Shown one piece after another: positions 14,845 to 29,284 of a DNA stretch of 64,000 nucleotides. The position numbers and the translations under genes are program-made. Source of the stretch: Chrysomallon squamiferum (lineage: Eukaryota > Animalia > Mollusca); the NCBI GenBank assembly GCA_012295275.1, contig CM022678.1:4836001-4900000 (forward strand), given 5' to 3'. The notes below the pieces were generated by a model. The model made no database searches. It was not told the DNA's origin and saw only the letters and a program-made list of their open reading frames with translations. Within the stretch, counting starts at the first letter, position 1; every line of letters starts with the position of its first letter.

Positions 14845-15598
14845 TGACGTAAAGGTGAAATAATCGTGTGAACAGATAGCAAGAGAAAACGTATAACAAT
14901 TTGAGTATTAGTGACGTAGTGAACATTTTAAACGTTTACTGTGAAGGCATTGCATATTTAAATCTGTATTAAGAGAAACGTTGTTTATTCTTTATACGTA
15001 TTAAGGTGAAGCACAGTGTTTTCTTTTAAATTATTAACAAACGCTTTGTATATTGTCAGTATGTATTTAGACAGACACCGTTAATTCTAAATATGCATTA
15101 AGTTTGGAATAGCATATTCTTATATGTTAAAAGCGCGATTGATTATTCTAAGCATGAATCAATAGAGACATTCCATATTCTATATATGTGTAATCAGATG
15201 TATTGTATATTGTCAGTGTACCTTAAGAAAGATATTTTTACATAATAAATACATTATTAAATCAGATATCATTTACTCTAAATATATTTTAAGTAAATAG
15301 TTTTTATTTTATTAATTTATTGTCGTTAACTAATGCTGTGTTTTATGTAGAAAGTTATTATTATGAAATGCTTGCCGAATAATATTTGTTGATGATTTTA
15401 TCAACTATTACACGACTCAGTCTGCTAACTTTTTTCATGCTTCCTAAACAATCCGTCTTGCCTACCTTTGATTAGAAAGGAGATCCAAAGAAAAGAAAAA
15501 TTACTGCTTGATTTATAACTTTAACATTAGCATCGAAAACTTTACGTAGTTCCTAAACACCTGAAATGTATCGAACATTTCGTTACAAGAATCATAAC

Positions 15599-15699
<101 letters not shown>

Positions 15700-17367
15700 G
15701 AAACGTACCTTTCATAACAGATTTAATGAACGCACATACATATACACACCTACACATATAATTATAAACAACACTCATGTTTACTCTCTAGAAAAGTCTC
15801 TTCTTGTTCTCTTGTCCTGCGACAACACATCTGAGCTGATATTCAGTCTGAACTATGCCAATGAAGTGATTTGTTAACACTTTGAAACAGACAATAGAAT
15901 GAACATTCATTCACTGGACTAAGCACAGTGCTGTCCATTGCTAAACAAAGTTGTTTTTTTTAGGAATTATGGGTACTCTAAGGTCCGTATCAAATGAGTC
16001 TGGCGATGACGGGGTTGATTGGGTAAGAAATATTTCCTAATCTCAAATTGCAGTTTGTTGCTGGCAAACATGCTAGAGAACTATCAATTACCTTCCCTGT
16101 ACTAGTCCCGTGGTAACAGTTTCTAAATGAAGACGATTAATTCGTTACTGCATGTTTTGCTTTCCAGAGTCGACAGCATGTGCATGTGTAATCGAGAGAA
16201 AATAAACACGTTAATTTTAACCGATGGAAACTTGACAAAATGCTAGCTAAATAACTTCTGCCATACTCTTTTAATGCAGTCAGCGGACGCAAACGGAATA
16301 AAAAGTAGCGAAACGCCGCACACTCACACACACAATCCTCACTTGTGCAGGCGAATATAACCGGTTTTCATTATTATGTACGTCTCAAGTAAATAGCTGA
16401 ATTCTCTTCAACAATGTCTCGCCTAGTTCGACCGAGTGTAGTTGGTCTACTTGATCACAAACTGTGACACACACAGAGCAGTATGTCAACACTGACATAT
16501 CTAAGACACCTTTCACAAATTGAAAAATACGAATAGTCCATATAACTGCACGAATATAACATCAGATCGTGTACTTTTATCAACAATTCATATTTGTCAG
16601 TTTTTCACCACATCTTTCTACTATCAATCGAGCGACACGCCGTTATTTTACAGATCTGAACTGGAAAGTAGCCGATTCATTACTGTACACAGTTGGAAAA
16701 GAGTTCCATTCTGCTATGGACTGGGTAAGTAGTTTTATCTATCTGTATTACTTGCTGAGAAAAAGAAAACAGCTAATGGCGGAACAGTTCGTTTATTCTA
16801 ATGCTTTTATTTTTCTTCTTTTTTTTTGGTTGTTGTTGTTTTTATTGTACATAATATATATATATATATATAAACAATTTTACACAAGGAAGTAATTTAG
16901 GTGATAAGCTTCCCTTTACAGGTTTAGTACTTTTAGGTGAATTCACAAATTGTTGAACTAGCGTTTCGTCGAGATTTGACAACTTCTCTTTTGTATAAAC
17001 ATCACCTTGTTACTTGCGCAGTTCATGAACTGGTCGCGACTGCTCACTCTCGAAGGTGCGGTGATTTCAATTAATAAATCTTTTATAATGTTGAAAAGAT
17101 ACTTTTTTTTCTTCATTTTTTATTGTAGTATGCCCTTTTCGTTCACACTATCTCCCTCTTTTAATACGTTGTCAAGTGTCGCTTTCTCGTGTGACTACTA
17201 ATTCTGTGATGCAAAAAATAAATAAGCTTTTGTTATCTTATAATAAATATTTTTATATGGAGAAACCTTCTTCTGTAATTATTTGGTACCGAACTAAATT
17301 GGAACAGTTCATTATAAAGCATATCAGTAAGACTACTGAATTATATCTGTGGTGGGAATTCGACCAA

Positions 17368-20353
17368 ATGAGAGTAAGTCCTTTCACAGTGTGCTAAAAA
17401 TGTCAGATTTCTTACAGGTGTTTTAATAGACAGGTGTTTACATTCAGGCCGTTCGGTACAGTTGGTAAATGGTTAGTTGGAAATGCATTATATTTATTAA
17501 TTTATTTATTTATTTATTTCCATATTTAATTTATTTATTTATTTATATGTCTATGTGTTTATTCATTCATTCATTTTATTTTATTTAATTTGAATACTAT
17601 ATATTTTTAACTTCACCATCAGGGTACTATGTTACTTCGTTTTCCGCAAAAAATGTTGACGTAGTTCTAACATAGACATTCTCCGAATTACTAAGGGAAA
17701 TTTGAATTCTGCTTCAGTCTGAACAAGGGGTGCTGTACCAGATCATATAAACTTCCTGTCTCTTTCGAAGTTAAAATATTAATTCATATCTATTCATTTC
17801 GAAATATCTAATGTCACATTATTTATTTTCGTTCAGATTCGTGGTTTGACCTTCTGGGCACTTCTTTTCATTGTGAGATTTTCCGGTTCACTTGCAAACG
17901 AGAAACATCAAGGAAACTGTAGTATTGTACATTCTGTCAAGTACGGAGGACTGTTCGCTGACTGTAGCGGAAGAAATCTAACCAGAATTCCTCGTTTTAA
18001 TAATAACTCGAAACTGAAAGAAAAAATAACAGCACTGAATGTCAGTAATAACAAAATAACTATAAAACAAGATGACTTCATCGGTTACACCAATCTCGTG
18101 TATTTGAATCTCAACAAAAATGGTCTAAAATATCTTCCACCCAACGCTTTTGCAGGCTGTGAAAAGTTAGAGATGTTATACTTACAAAATAACACACTCC
18201 AGTACAACAGCACATCATTTCAAGTGGACGTTTTCTCTAATCTGACACACCTGAGGTATCTCAACATAGGAAAGAATGTTCACGGTAAAGCTGATTTGAA
18301 ATTCATTGGCTTCGTTCTTAAAAATGTTAAAGCTCTTGAGAATCTAACAGTAGATTCTGGAGAAAATCTGACATTTAGCGAGGACTACAAACATATGATG
18401 AATCTTCGACATCTGTCTTTCTCAGGACGTGAAGCAAACTGCCAGGTTTCACAAATCTTCAACGATACTTTCAAAGTTTTCTCTTCTTCTATCATCCATA
18501 CCCTCGACTTATCGTTCTGTACAAGTCTTCACAACATAGAAGTGAATGCTTATGCACCACTGGTGTCGCTGAAAATATTAAAACTGAACAACGACAATCG
18601 TCTGGGATTGCACAAAGCATTTCTCAGTTTGTATGGTCTTCGCGAAAGGAACCTTACCACTATAGACTTTGAAAGTGTAGCTTATACACGATATGGACAG
18701 TTGGCAAATGTTACGGTGACGGATAAAATACTATGGGAGGATACACTTTGGTATGCAGCAAGTATTTGCCTATCGGAATTGAATTTGGCAAACAATGGCA
18801 TTCTTTATATCGACTATATAAATCTGTTGAATGAAACATTTGCCAAATGTCTTCTTAAAATTTACTTTAGTGGAAATGCTGTCTGTGGATTGTCCAATGT
18901 CGGATCTCTCGTACGCCATATTCCTCACTTAAATGTGGAATTAATTTACATCTCTGCCGAAGTTTCGCCTCATCAACATGTTGACTGGGAGCAATCTAGT
19001 TCCCTGCAGGATAGCTCAACCTACTTGATACCGCTGCCACCGAAATTAAAGACTTTTGTTTTGGATAACACTGACTACCTGATAACGTTAGCGAAAGGCA
19101 GGAACGCAAATGTAACATCGAATAACATTGTGGAAAATGTATCGGTAAGTTATGCAGGAAAGATCGAATTAGAAGGGACTGTATACGGAATGAATAAACT
19201 TAAAACGTTGAAACTTGCCTATATCAGACAACTGATACTCGACGAAGCATTTTTCGATAATTTTCATGCTTTAAGGAATCTCAATTTAAACAGTGTGGGT
19301 CTTCCTAGAAACTATTTCCTTCATCATTCCGCTCGACTCTTCGAGAAACTGGTTCGGCTGGAAATGCTGCATCTATCTGGAAACTACATACACGATTTTC
19401 AAGAAGAAGTGTTTCGCTCGAACAAGCATTTGAGACGTATCTCTCTGTCCAATAACCTTTTTAGTGACATACCATTCAAATTAGATTACACTCCACATCT
19501 GGAAATACTAGATTTATCTCACAACTCCATAACCTCTCTCAGTCAACAAACAATGCAGTCATTAGATAACCATGCCAGTAACATAAGCAATTTCACTTTA
19601 CTCTTACTAGGTAATCCCTTTTCCTGTACTTGCGAAACAATGGACTTCGTTCTTTGGATAAAAACAGCAACATACCTTGACACGAGATTTCGTAATTCGT
19701 CATACCACTGTTATACTGGGAGTAACATTCGTGTTAGTTTTGACTCCATTGACGAAGAGGAATTATGGCAAAAATGCACGGGGAGAAATGCCCTCTTCAT
19801 CTCGACACTGCTGTTTGCGTTTTGCATAGCTTCGTTTCTTTGTTTTGTTCTGGTACTCAAGCACAAGACTCAGATTGTTGTATTCTTCATTAAACATTTC
19901 ACCAAAGGTGTCAGAGTTCCAAAACGAGAGGATTTCCAGTACGACGTCTTTGTAGGATACGCAGAACAAGATTACGAATTTGCCTGCACAAAAGTGAGAG
20001 TAATTTTGGAAGATCGATTTCACTATCGAATCTACCTTCACGACCGAGACGGAATTCCCGGAGAGGACAGAGCGAATTCCATTCTGACAGCAGTTCGTAA
20101 CAGCTGGAAAATGGTTCTGGTTATATCGGAGAACTTTCTGGAAGACGAATGGTTCGTGTACACGACTCACGCTGCAGCCCTCTACTCCATTGCCGAGTTG
20201 ATACCAAAACGACTCATCCTCCTGCGAGACAAGCACAATCCTTTCCAGGTGCCAGACAATCTTCTGTGTGTGGTTCACGAAGATTCCATTCTGCCAATCC
20301 CTGACGAAAGAGATGAAACGTCTTGGGAAGTCCTAAATCGTCTTCTCAGGTAG
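17368..20353 (+). CDS. Intact Toll-like receptor TLR-2 (single cysteine cluster type), ~840 aa; exons 17368-17373 and 17837-20353
   Basis: ATG AGA|GTAAGT ... TTCAG|ATT CGT GGT TTG supplies the true start (the ORF track used TTG at 17846). Signal peptide, LRRNT (C..ADCSGRNL), many LRRs, LRRCT NPFSCTCE, TM ALFISTLLFAFCIASFLCFVLVL, TIR box 1 YDVFVGY and BB loop HDRDGIPGED. Confidence 0.95.
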
Positions 20354-20914
20354 GTTATAAATGTGAGATGTTTTCATTCAGGTTTTTTATATTTAATTAT
20401 ATACTGAGTGAGATGATTTATGTTCTATATTTGTATTGATTTATGTATTGTATATTCTAAATGTTTATTGATTGATCGTTTGTATATCCTTATATGTATT
20501 GATTGAGATACTGTATACTGTAAATATATATTCACTGAGGTATTATATTTTCTAAGTATGTATTTATTAAATCAGTGTATATTCTAATAATATTTTTACA
20601 ATAATAAAATATTTACTGATATAACTGAGCATTTATTAACATAGATATTGTAGATAGTGTATCATTCTTCAGTAACAATGTGATATGCTTAATTTGCTGC
20701 TATAGTGCCTTTTTTCGTCTTAGTTTAAATTATTTCAGTATATATTCAATAAATAAGTTGCTAACTCTGTATACTGTAGATGTTAGCCTGGGACCTTTTA
20801 TAACATGCTGTAGCTAATTTCGCTTCCTTAATAAGATAATAAACATAAATAGCCAATTATACATAAAATTAAATATATATGTAATGATAAATAATGTTTT
20901 GTTTACAATAAGTC

Positions 20915-20992
<78 letters not shown>

Positions 20993-21206
20993 GACCGTTA
21001 GAAAAGATATTTATATTAAATTTATTTGTCGAAAAATAATGTTTTGTTTACCGTACTACTTGGCAACCATACAATGACGTGACGAAGCTAAAGGTATCAT
21101 ATTTTGATCCAGATCGTAAACAAACATACGTAAAACAATCGCATGATATAACTTTTAGTTTTCAATTAGACTCCTTAAATCATGTCAGAATTTTGAGGGC
21201 GATTCT

Positions 21207-21327
21207 ATAAAAAGTCCTGGTGTGAGTCTAAGCAGAAAAGTTAGTGACGTCTGTGTTAGTAACGACACAGCTCAGTATTTTATACTAACGTTGCTCCGTA
21301 AAGGAAAAAAGTGATTCTGGAAACCTG
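21207..21327 (+). promoter_or_regulatory. Candidate TATA/Inr promoter and non-coding first exon of the GPCR
   Basis: TATAAAAA at 21207, TTAGT initiator-like motif at 21241 and a CTG|GTTAGT donor at ~21327. A matching pyrimidine tract and CAG acceptor (23045-23061) precedes the GPCR ATG. Confidence 0.4.
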
Positions 21328-21989
21328 GTTAGTAATTTTTTTTTATATTTGGTTTGTTTGTTTGTTACTGAACTTATTTAAATGATAAGGTGTTTTAATT
21401 AATGAACTATGTATGATGACAATGAATAACTAGTTAGCAACGTAATGAATGAGTAAACGAATGGATGAAATGATGAACGACAGTGTACACTGATTCACGA
21501 CTACTGTATTTATGGTACTATCACTGAGAAGGTGCATTTATAGAATATTTCTTGCTTTCAGTCGATGAACGTAAAGTCTGAGTCAAAGGCAATATAGTCT
21601 TTTAACCAAACAGTAGTTATTTCACAGTTCATAGCGTTACTAAAATAATGTCTCGATATGTCTTTATGCAAATATTTATGGGTTTTATGTATTATTTTAT
21701 TTAGAAAGCAGTAAAAACTAAAATAACTGATGAATATAATCAGGTTATGCTATCTCAGAAGCATTATCTTAGCTGAAAATATTATCGTAATTAAAGATAT
21801 GGACGCGACTAAAATTCTTCGTTATATACGTAACGTTAAATTTGTGGGTTATCTGGTTGAAGTATCTTGACTACAATTATGAAGGTCAAAACTGGTTGAT
21901 CTGCCCAGTTTTACATATCCTTTAAGTATTTGAACTAGCAGCATAATCTGCAAGTTCTGATGCTAATAATAATAATATTTCAGAAGGGA

Positions 21990-22370
21990 ATTAACGCCAG
22001 AAATAAAATAATAATTAACGTCATAAGCAATATAATCAGTAGCTTGAGAAATAATACAGTCATTACCGTCAGGAATAACATAATCTTTAGTTAATAATAT
22101 AGTTAGTAACGCCAAAAATAATATAACTTCAGAAATAATATAATATTTAATGTCATAAATAATATAATTGTTAACGTCAGAACCAATATTGTCATTAAGG
22201 TCACAAATATAATAATTAACGTCAGAAATAATGTAATGATACACGTCAGAACTAATAATAATGATTAACGCCAGATATATCAGTAATATCAGAAATGATA
22301 TAATCGTAAGGTCAGAAATAACATAATTTTAACGTCAGAAATAATATAATGATTAACTTCAGAAATAATA
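21990..22370. repeat. Degenerate ~24-bp minisatellite (TAACGTCAGAAATAATATAAT...)
   Basis: The core AACGTCAGAAATAAT and variants recur more than ten times at about 24-bp spacing. Confidence 0.8.
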
Positions 22371-22684
22371 TTATCATTTTCTCAAAATGTTTTACTTGTA
22401 GCAACAGAAAAACAAATCATAACAAAATATGAGAACATTTTGACTGTCGAATCCAAAGTCTATACTGCAGGATTATCAGATTTAATGTATGCTAGGTACG
22501 CTTGATATCGATTTGAAGTATTTTAAAAATACATTTACTCATTCCCCCCCCAATAATAGTAGCAGGTAGTAGTAGAAGTAGTACCATTTATAGTAATCAA
22601 AGTTGAAGCAGTAGTTGTAGTTGTTGTTTCATGATGGTAGTGATTCTTTTAATTATTATTATTATTATATCATCATCATCATCA

Positions 22685-22746
<62 letters not shown>

Positions 22747-22902
22747 TATAGTAGTAGTATTGGTAGTAGTAGCGAAAGTGTACTAGTACTAGTAACAGTA
22801 GTTAATATTAGTAGTAGCCGTAGTAGTGATAATGCAATTTCAATAACTGTAGTACTGCAGCACAACTAAAAGTATGATTATTTATTTATTTACCAAATTA
22901 TT

Positions 22903-22938
<36 letters not shown>

Positions 22939-23070
22939 TGTTTTGTATGTTTTATTTTATTTTTTATTTTTTTATTTTTTTTTTTTTTTGTGTATTAGTT
23001 TTCTCGTTCATATGCTTCTCTTTTCTGAAATAGCCACTAAATATTTCCTTTCACTTCACAGATTACAGTG

Positions 23071-24165
23071 ATGCCTCCTCAATCGATGTATTCGTCTGAA
23101 GAGCTTCATCTGCAGTCTGATGTCACCCAAAACCGACCCAATATACTGAATTTGTACGACGGACCCGATATACTGAATTTGTACGACGGACCCGATATAC
23201 TGAATTTGTACGACGGACCCGATATACTGAATTTGTACCACGGACCCAATATACTGAATTTGTACCTCATTCCTTTCAGCACTGATTACATTTGCTATTA
23301 CTCTATAGTATTCCTCGTAGGCGTGCTTGGCAACGCCATGGTCTTCATGATAATGAGCGACGCGAAGTTTTCTCATTTCTCTTACCCAATTTACATGAAG
23401 TGTCTGGCCGTGTCTAACTTGACTGTGCTGTTCTTACACTTAATGTACCGGCCAGAGATACTGCACTCATCGGTCAGCATTTCGGCCTTTGGTGGCGTGT
23501 ACTACTTCTTCATTATGCTTTGTCCCTGGTTTCTGGTTGGTCTTTCGATGGACCAGTGTTTTTGCGTACGTTTTCCACTAAGGCGAGAGAAATTTTGCAC
23601 ACGTCCGAAAGCTTTTGCCTTCTGTGGTGGCCTTACAGTCGTATGCCTCCTGTTAATTGTAGGGGGCATTCTGAAATTGTGGATTCCTAATAAACTATGT
23701 ATTGGTTCCTCTGAAAAAATTATTATCCTGATCGCTCGGCTGTTGTCGACTTTCTTTCCCTGTTTAATTATCTGTTTTCTCAACATCACAATGATACAGA
23801 CTATTAAAAGGGGCAGACGTTTCCGCGTTTATTTTATACCAAGAGAAGTCAGACAAGAAAAATCGCTGATGCCGTTGTCTCTGATTACGATAATCGTTTC
23901 CGTCACGCTGCTGCCTCTATCTGTCATAGACTGCTACACGCTTATAAGCATCCTGAACAATCGAGAAGAATCGATGACTTACGTTTTCGAAATACGTCAA
24001 ACAATCTATTTGGTCTACTTGTTAAATTTCGCAAAGGACTTTTTTATTCTAGTGGTAACTTCGGAAGAATATCGCAGAGTTGCAGCGAAAAAACTGAGGT
24101 ACATTAAAACGGATGTCAGGAAAGACGGTGAAAAGGATAAAGACATCGTAACTGTTTCACAGTGA
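23071..24165 (+). CDS. Divergent rhodopsin-class GPCR (FMRFamide-receptor-like or putative chemoreceptor type), single coding exon
   Basis: 364-aa ORF from the ATG at 23071 with seven hydrophobic segments: TM1 VGVLGNAMVF, TM2 YMKCLAVSN, TM3 end LSMDQCFCVRFPL (DRY position), TM5 FPCLIICFLN, TM7/helix 8 LLNFAKDFFILVVTSEEYR. Confidence 0.85.
   Translation: MPPQSMYSSEELHLQSDVTQNRPNILNLYDGPDILNLYDGPDILNLYDGPDILNLYHGPNILNLYLIPFSTDYICYYSIVFLVGVLGNAMVFMIMSDAKFSHFSYPIYMKCLAVSNLTVLFLHLMYRPEILHSSVSISAFGGVYYFFIMLCPWFLVGLSMDQCFCVRFPLRREKFCTRPKAFAFCGGLTVVCLLLIVGGILKLWIPNKLCIGSSEKIIILIARLLSTFFPCLIICFLNITMIQTIKRGRRFRVYFIPREVRQEKSLMPLSLITIIVSVTLLPLSVIDCYTLISILNNREESMTYVFEIRQTIYLVYLLNFAKDFFILVVTSEEYRRVAAKKLRYIKTDVRKDGEKDKDIVTVSQ
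23135..23265 (+). repeat. In-frame 27-bp coding tandem repeat, five copies (P[D/N]ILNLY[D/H]G)
   Basis: GACCCRATATACTGAATTTGTAC repeats five times at 27-bp period in the GPCR N-terminus. Confidence 0.95.
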
Positions 24166-25473
24166 TATCGTCTTGATATACCAACACGTGCAAATAGTCG
24201 CTGACCTACGACATGACGTCAAGGATCTACAAGATGACATTTCATCATTTTTTTTCTCTCTCTCTCGGCACAAAAGTAACAACTTTCATTAAATTTCCAA
24301 GTTTTTGTTTCATTGGTTTGGAAAACTGTCACCTTTAATAACAAAATTATGACACTAAAATGAAACTGTTACAAAACATTTGAACGTCGCCATTTTACAG
24401 TTTGTTGAAAGAACTCGTGACGTCATCGCGTACATTGCTGAATGGAAGGTATGCGATGACGTGCCGATTGAACTGCTCTTTCTTGTTATTATAATTTATA
24501 GCTAGTAAAGATTGGATGAACAAGTTTAAATGAATTATCAAATAAATAAATAAATAAACAGAACCTAACTTGGAAATATTCAGGATGCATTTAGGTTATT
24601 TCTTCGTAAAAAATGCTTAGAATTTTTATTTTTTATTTTATTTTTATTTTTTATATTTTTTCTAGAGAATAGTTTTGTGAAATCATAATATATGGTCTCG
24701 TATGCAAAAAAAATTTCTTGTAAAATATTTGTTCTCTCTTTTTCAAAACAAAGGTCAGAGAGGTTGATCCAAGGCTTTCTTTAAAACTGTTTCCTCTGAC
24801 GAGCTCGTTTATTTTTGCTTCCTATGACAGCCCCACCCAATTCTTGCGTACGTCTGAGAGGGTGATCAACACCCTTTTCTGACTAACATGTCAATTTTTC
24901 TCTCACTCTTCGCTCTTTGACGTAGAGGTATGATCTAAGGTTACAACACGACAAATTGACTTCTAAAAGTCGTTCAAAACAGTCAGGACAATTTGGGCAA
25001 AACAACAAGTAGCTGGTACTTGTGTTTTTGCATGTGTAAAACTTAAAACCAGTCAACCTCTCTTGCCTGCCTTAGACTGAGTCACAATATCGTATCTGCA
25101 TTGCAATAATTACACGAACCTACGATCATATTTAGATAATATAGTTAGATATGTTAATGGTCGATTTTTTAATATGATGAAATCAGTTTGGTAACTGTGT
25201 GAAATAGCTTAGATTCGTGCTTATTACTGCTCTTTATTATTGTTTGAAGAACGATTTTTTTTTTTTTAAATATTTTCTTGTACGATATAATGTAAATATT
25301 TTGAAATAATTAGTTTTGTGTTTAAGACCAGTATTAGGTTATATGGGTTAGCGATCCGCGTGTTATTAATAGATAGTTATAAAATAATATTCAAGACTGA
25401 ATATTTATTATCGTTTTCAATCTTCAATGAGCTGCAAAAAATTCCGAGATTATAAAAGTAATAATAACAATAA

Positions 25474-25516
<43 letters not shown>

Positions 25517-26529
25517 ATAGATAAATAAATACAAATTTAAAAAGTGAAAATGAAAAGTTCATTGTGGAACTGATTATATAAATTTTACTGATGCCAGACT
25601 ATCTATGCTGATTTCGGAAAACCAGAATTACCAGAAAACTGGCTTTAGAAGTATACTAATTATATTTCAGCTGCTTAATACAATTTCCTATTCTAGTTTA
25701 CATATTTTATATTTTGATTTGTATTAAGAAGTGTTTTTCCGAAATCGTAAAAACCGGAAATCAGGGATTACTTCCTGTTCAAAGCTTGCCGGATAAATTG
25801 TCTGGTAACAAATGTAAGATAAAGTATTTATAGATACTAGAAAAGGGAGATAATTTCTTTTGTAAATAGTCATTTTTTGATGATCTCCAAATAATAGTTA
25901 TTTTATTTTTAAACATTTCAGTAACAATAATAATACTGAAGCTGTTTTGATATGGACAGATAAAAAAAATGGACAGATGCGTATTTGTTTTAACAAAGCT
26001 AGTTTAACTACGAATACTGTTACAGAATATGTTGTTTACAAATTGATATTCTGTGATCTTAAATCTGCTAGAAATAGATTTTATTTTGTTTTTCCTTTTA
26101 CTTTCGGTTTTTTTTTTTTTTCATTTATCTTATCTTATTTTATTGTATTTCATTTTTTTTTTTTTTTTTTTTATTTATTTATTTATTTATTTATTTTTTT
26201 TTTTTTTTTTTTTTGTATGTGTTAGAGTTCAGTGCGTTTTTATTTATTTATTTATTTTATTTATTTGTTTCTTTTCCTATTTGATGCATACATATATACA
26301 TAAGACAGATATAGCTAGATACACATATATATACATTAATATATATTCGAAATTGTTAATGCTGATCTTTGTTTTAAAATACCAGCTTAGTTCTTGTTAG
26401 TTCTGATAAACCGTACGCAATTTTCTATTTTATTTAACTTTGTGCTTTTGAAATAGTAACTGTAGTGGATCGTATATGAATAAATTTGGCTTGTTTGTTT
26501 TGTTTGTATTTTGTTTCCTGAATAAAGAC

Positions 26530-26724
26530 TTGGCTTTTCAAAACGTTTTCTGTATTACTGAGTAATGTAAAATGAACATACAAGCCGGAAGCTTCTCACG
26601 TGTGATTGAACAAAAACCCACATTAATTCTAACCGGTAGAAACTTGACAGAACGCCAACTATATAACATGTGCGATACTCTGTCAGTACACATAATGAAT
26701 ATAAGGTGGATGGATATAAAGGGG

Positions 26725-26761
<37 letters not shown>

Positions 26762-27120
26762 GCGCAAACAAACATGCACACACACAAATAAGTAAGCCAT
26801 ACGTTCTATTTTCATTATTATTTATATCTGAGGCAAACAGAAATATTCTTCTCAACAATATATGCTGCGTAATTCGTGGTCTTGTTCGATTGACTGCTCT
26901 TTGTGTGTGGTTGCCAAGTAAAACTGACACATGCAGATCAGTATGTCGGGATTAACATAATTGTCTAGTACACCTGTCATCTGTGTGATCGTGTACTTTT
27001 ATCGACAATTCATATTTGTCGATTTTACACCACAGCCTTCTACTATCAGTCGAGCAACACGCTCAAATGTTGAAGTTCTGAATTTGAAAGCAGACGATTT
27101 ATTATTGTCCATTATGATGA
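26530..27120. repeat. Diverged copy of the block found upstream of the TLRs
   Basis: TTAATTCTAACCGGTAGAAACTTGACAG (~26622) matches ~10267 and ~16211. GATCGTGTACTTTTATCGACAATTCATATTTGTC...CCTTCTACTATC (~26987-27047) matches ~8215, ~10624 and ~16565. Confidence 0.75.
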
Positions 27121-27768
27121 CAAAAAAAAAAAATTAAAAAATCTGTTCATTTAAAAATATATTTCTCCTTGTCACTGTGACTAGTCTGTCTGGTATTATT
27201 AATACCTTAAAGTTGGCTCGTCACGTCTAAAGGGGTAGCAGACTATAACAGTGTTACGTGACAAGGTATTAATGATCTGAGACAGCTTAAACCCCTGACT
27301 GTGTAGTCTGAATCCACTAGACAATAATAACGCAAACGAGAACTGAATATGGGTAATTACTGTGTGTATCACATAAAAGTATAATTTAATCGTAAGATTC
27401 TCACGATATAATACAAATGCAAATAACGTTGATAGACACTCTTCTAATTAAGGCCGGATGGTTACATTAACTTTGTAATTAAGCTTTTAGTAGGTCTGTT
27501 ACTTAGTTTTCAAGTGTAAGGAAGTACCATAGTATAACATTATACAGTATATATATATATATATATATAGAAACTGACCAAAACGTAACCTTATAAAAGT
27601 TATCAAGATTATACAGGCGAATAACAATAAAGGAACCCCACCCCTATATAATCATATGCATAATCCTCATTCTCAAAGGTTTAACGAGGCTTGAAATGGG
27701 TGGATAATACAACCATTAATGCTTCCAAGCAATGTTTTTTTTTTATTGTTTCGTGTAATATAAAGCCC

Positions 27769-27803
<35 letters not shown>

Positions 27804-29284
27804 AGAAAGAAACTGTAGCAGCTGTAGGTCAGATTACATCAGAAGTCACCAGGGTCTTCATGACGTCATAAAATACAGCGAAATATGTGGTATTAACAGC
27901 GCCGCTCTGGTGGCACCTCCACAAACTAATGACAGAAAATTCAAACCGTACCGAAGTATGGAGCTGCCGAAGTGAAGCTGTACAACCTGTTTTTATAAGT
28001 GAATATAAAATACTAAAATTATCTTCATACGTTAAATAATAATATACACTGTTCTTTCAAAACAGCATTAACATTTATTATTACTACCTAACTCTTTGTA
28101 AGTAAGTACAGTGCAAGCTGACGGCCTTCTTACGATATCTAATTAATTATATTAAAATTTACTGATACGATGACACAATTTGGAAGTGGATACAATACAA
28201 GCTAATAATTCTTTAACGATAAATATTCCTTCCAAATAGTATTAACGCTTATGACCACGACTGCGTGTTTTTTTTTATGTGAACACCATTTCTTGGTTCT
28301 TTTGGTTCATAGGTTTTATTTATAATACATTATAAATTATATGCATACATTATGCTTGGAAAGCAATATTAAAATCAAGAGCGCAAGATTCTTGAATGAA
28401 CGGTGTGCAAGATTGTAGTCATTTTGCGATAAATAATTATATAAATCATTCTTTCGCAACAGAATTTAAAAGTTCTAACTACGATCATGTTTAGTAAACG
28501 ATACAGTGCAAGGAAATGTAATTTTATACCGCAAATGATTACATATATTATTATGTCAAAAACGTATTAGAAATAAAAATTACGATCGCATATTTTGCAA
28601 GCGAAATTCATAGGAAATGTATGGAGATCACAACATAAATTAAGCTGATTCATAATTTTGTGAAAACGATATTATGAATTATTACTATAGTAGCATATTT
28701 CGGATATGGACACCAATTGTCTTTTATACAATAAGTTAATTTTATAATTAATTCTGTCAATATAAGGCGATAAATCATGACTGTGGATGAATTCTATGGA
28801 AAGGAATACCTCTCCATGCTGACTGTGTTTCATGGCGTAAATAAATCATTTGTATTACGCTTTAAAAATGAGATGACAGCCAACGAGTGCATCTTACGTA
28901 AATTAATATCACTGCAAATTAACGTGCCACAAAATACAAGACAGTTTTAGTTAGAATGTCACAGTATACAATTTTAATCGTGTGATCATGTGTATTTGTT
29001 ATTTAGAGGAAAGATAATAAACTGCAGTTTAAAACAAAATGTGATATAATGTGTAAAAGAAATTAATTACTATTATTATTATTTTTTTTTTACCTCATTA
29101 GCCCAATATTTTATTGTAATTTATATATTCTAAATGGAATAGTTCGCCAAAAAACAATGTTAGCAGTTGCATTGATTTAATTATCGATTTCTGAATGATG
29201 CTATTGCTTCTTTTCTCAATACTTTTTTATTTTTTATTTAGTTATGTTGTTTGTTTCTTTAATTTAATATGTGTGTGTGTATGT

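Noticed and set aside
23135-23265. 27-bp repeats resembling a CRISPR array
   Set aside because: No unique spacers and no cas genes; this is an in-frame coding repeat in a eukaryotic GPCR.
28070-28960. Non-repetitive stretch that might be a decayed transposon or exon
   Set aside because: No recognisable motifs or consistent reading frame by eye.
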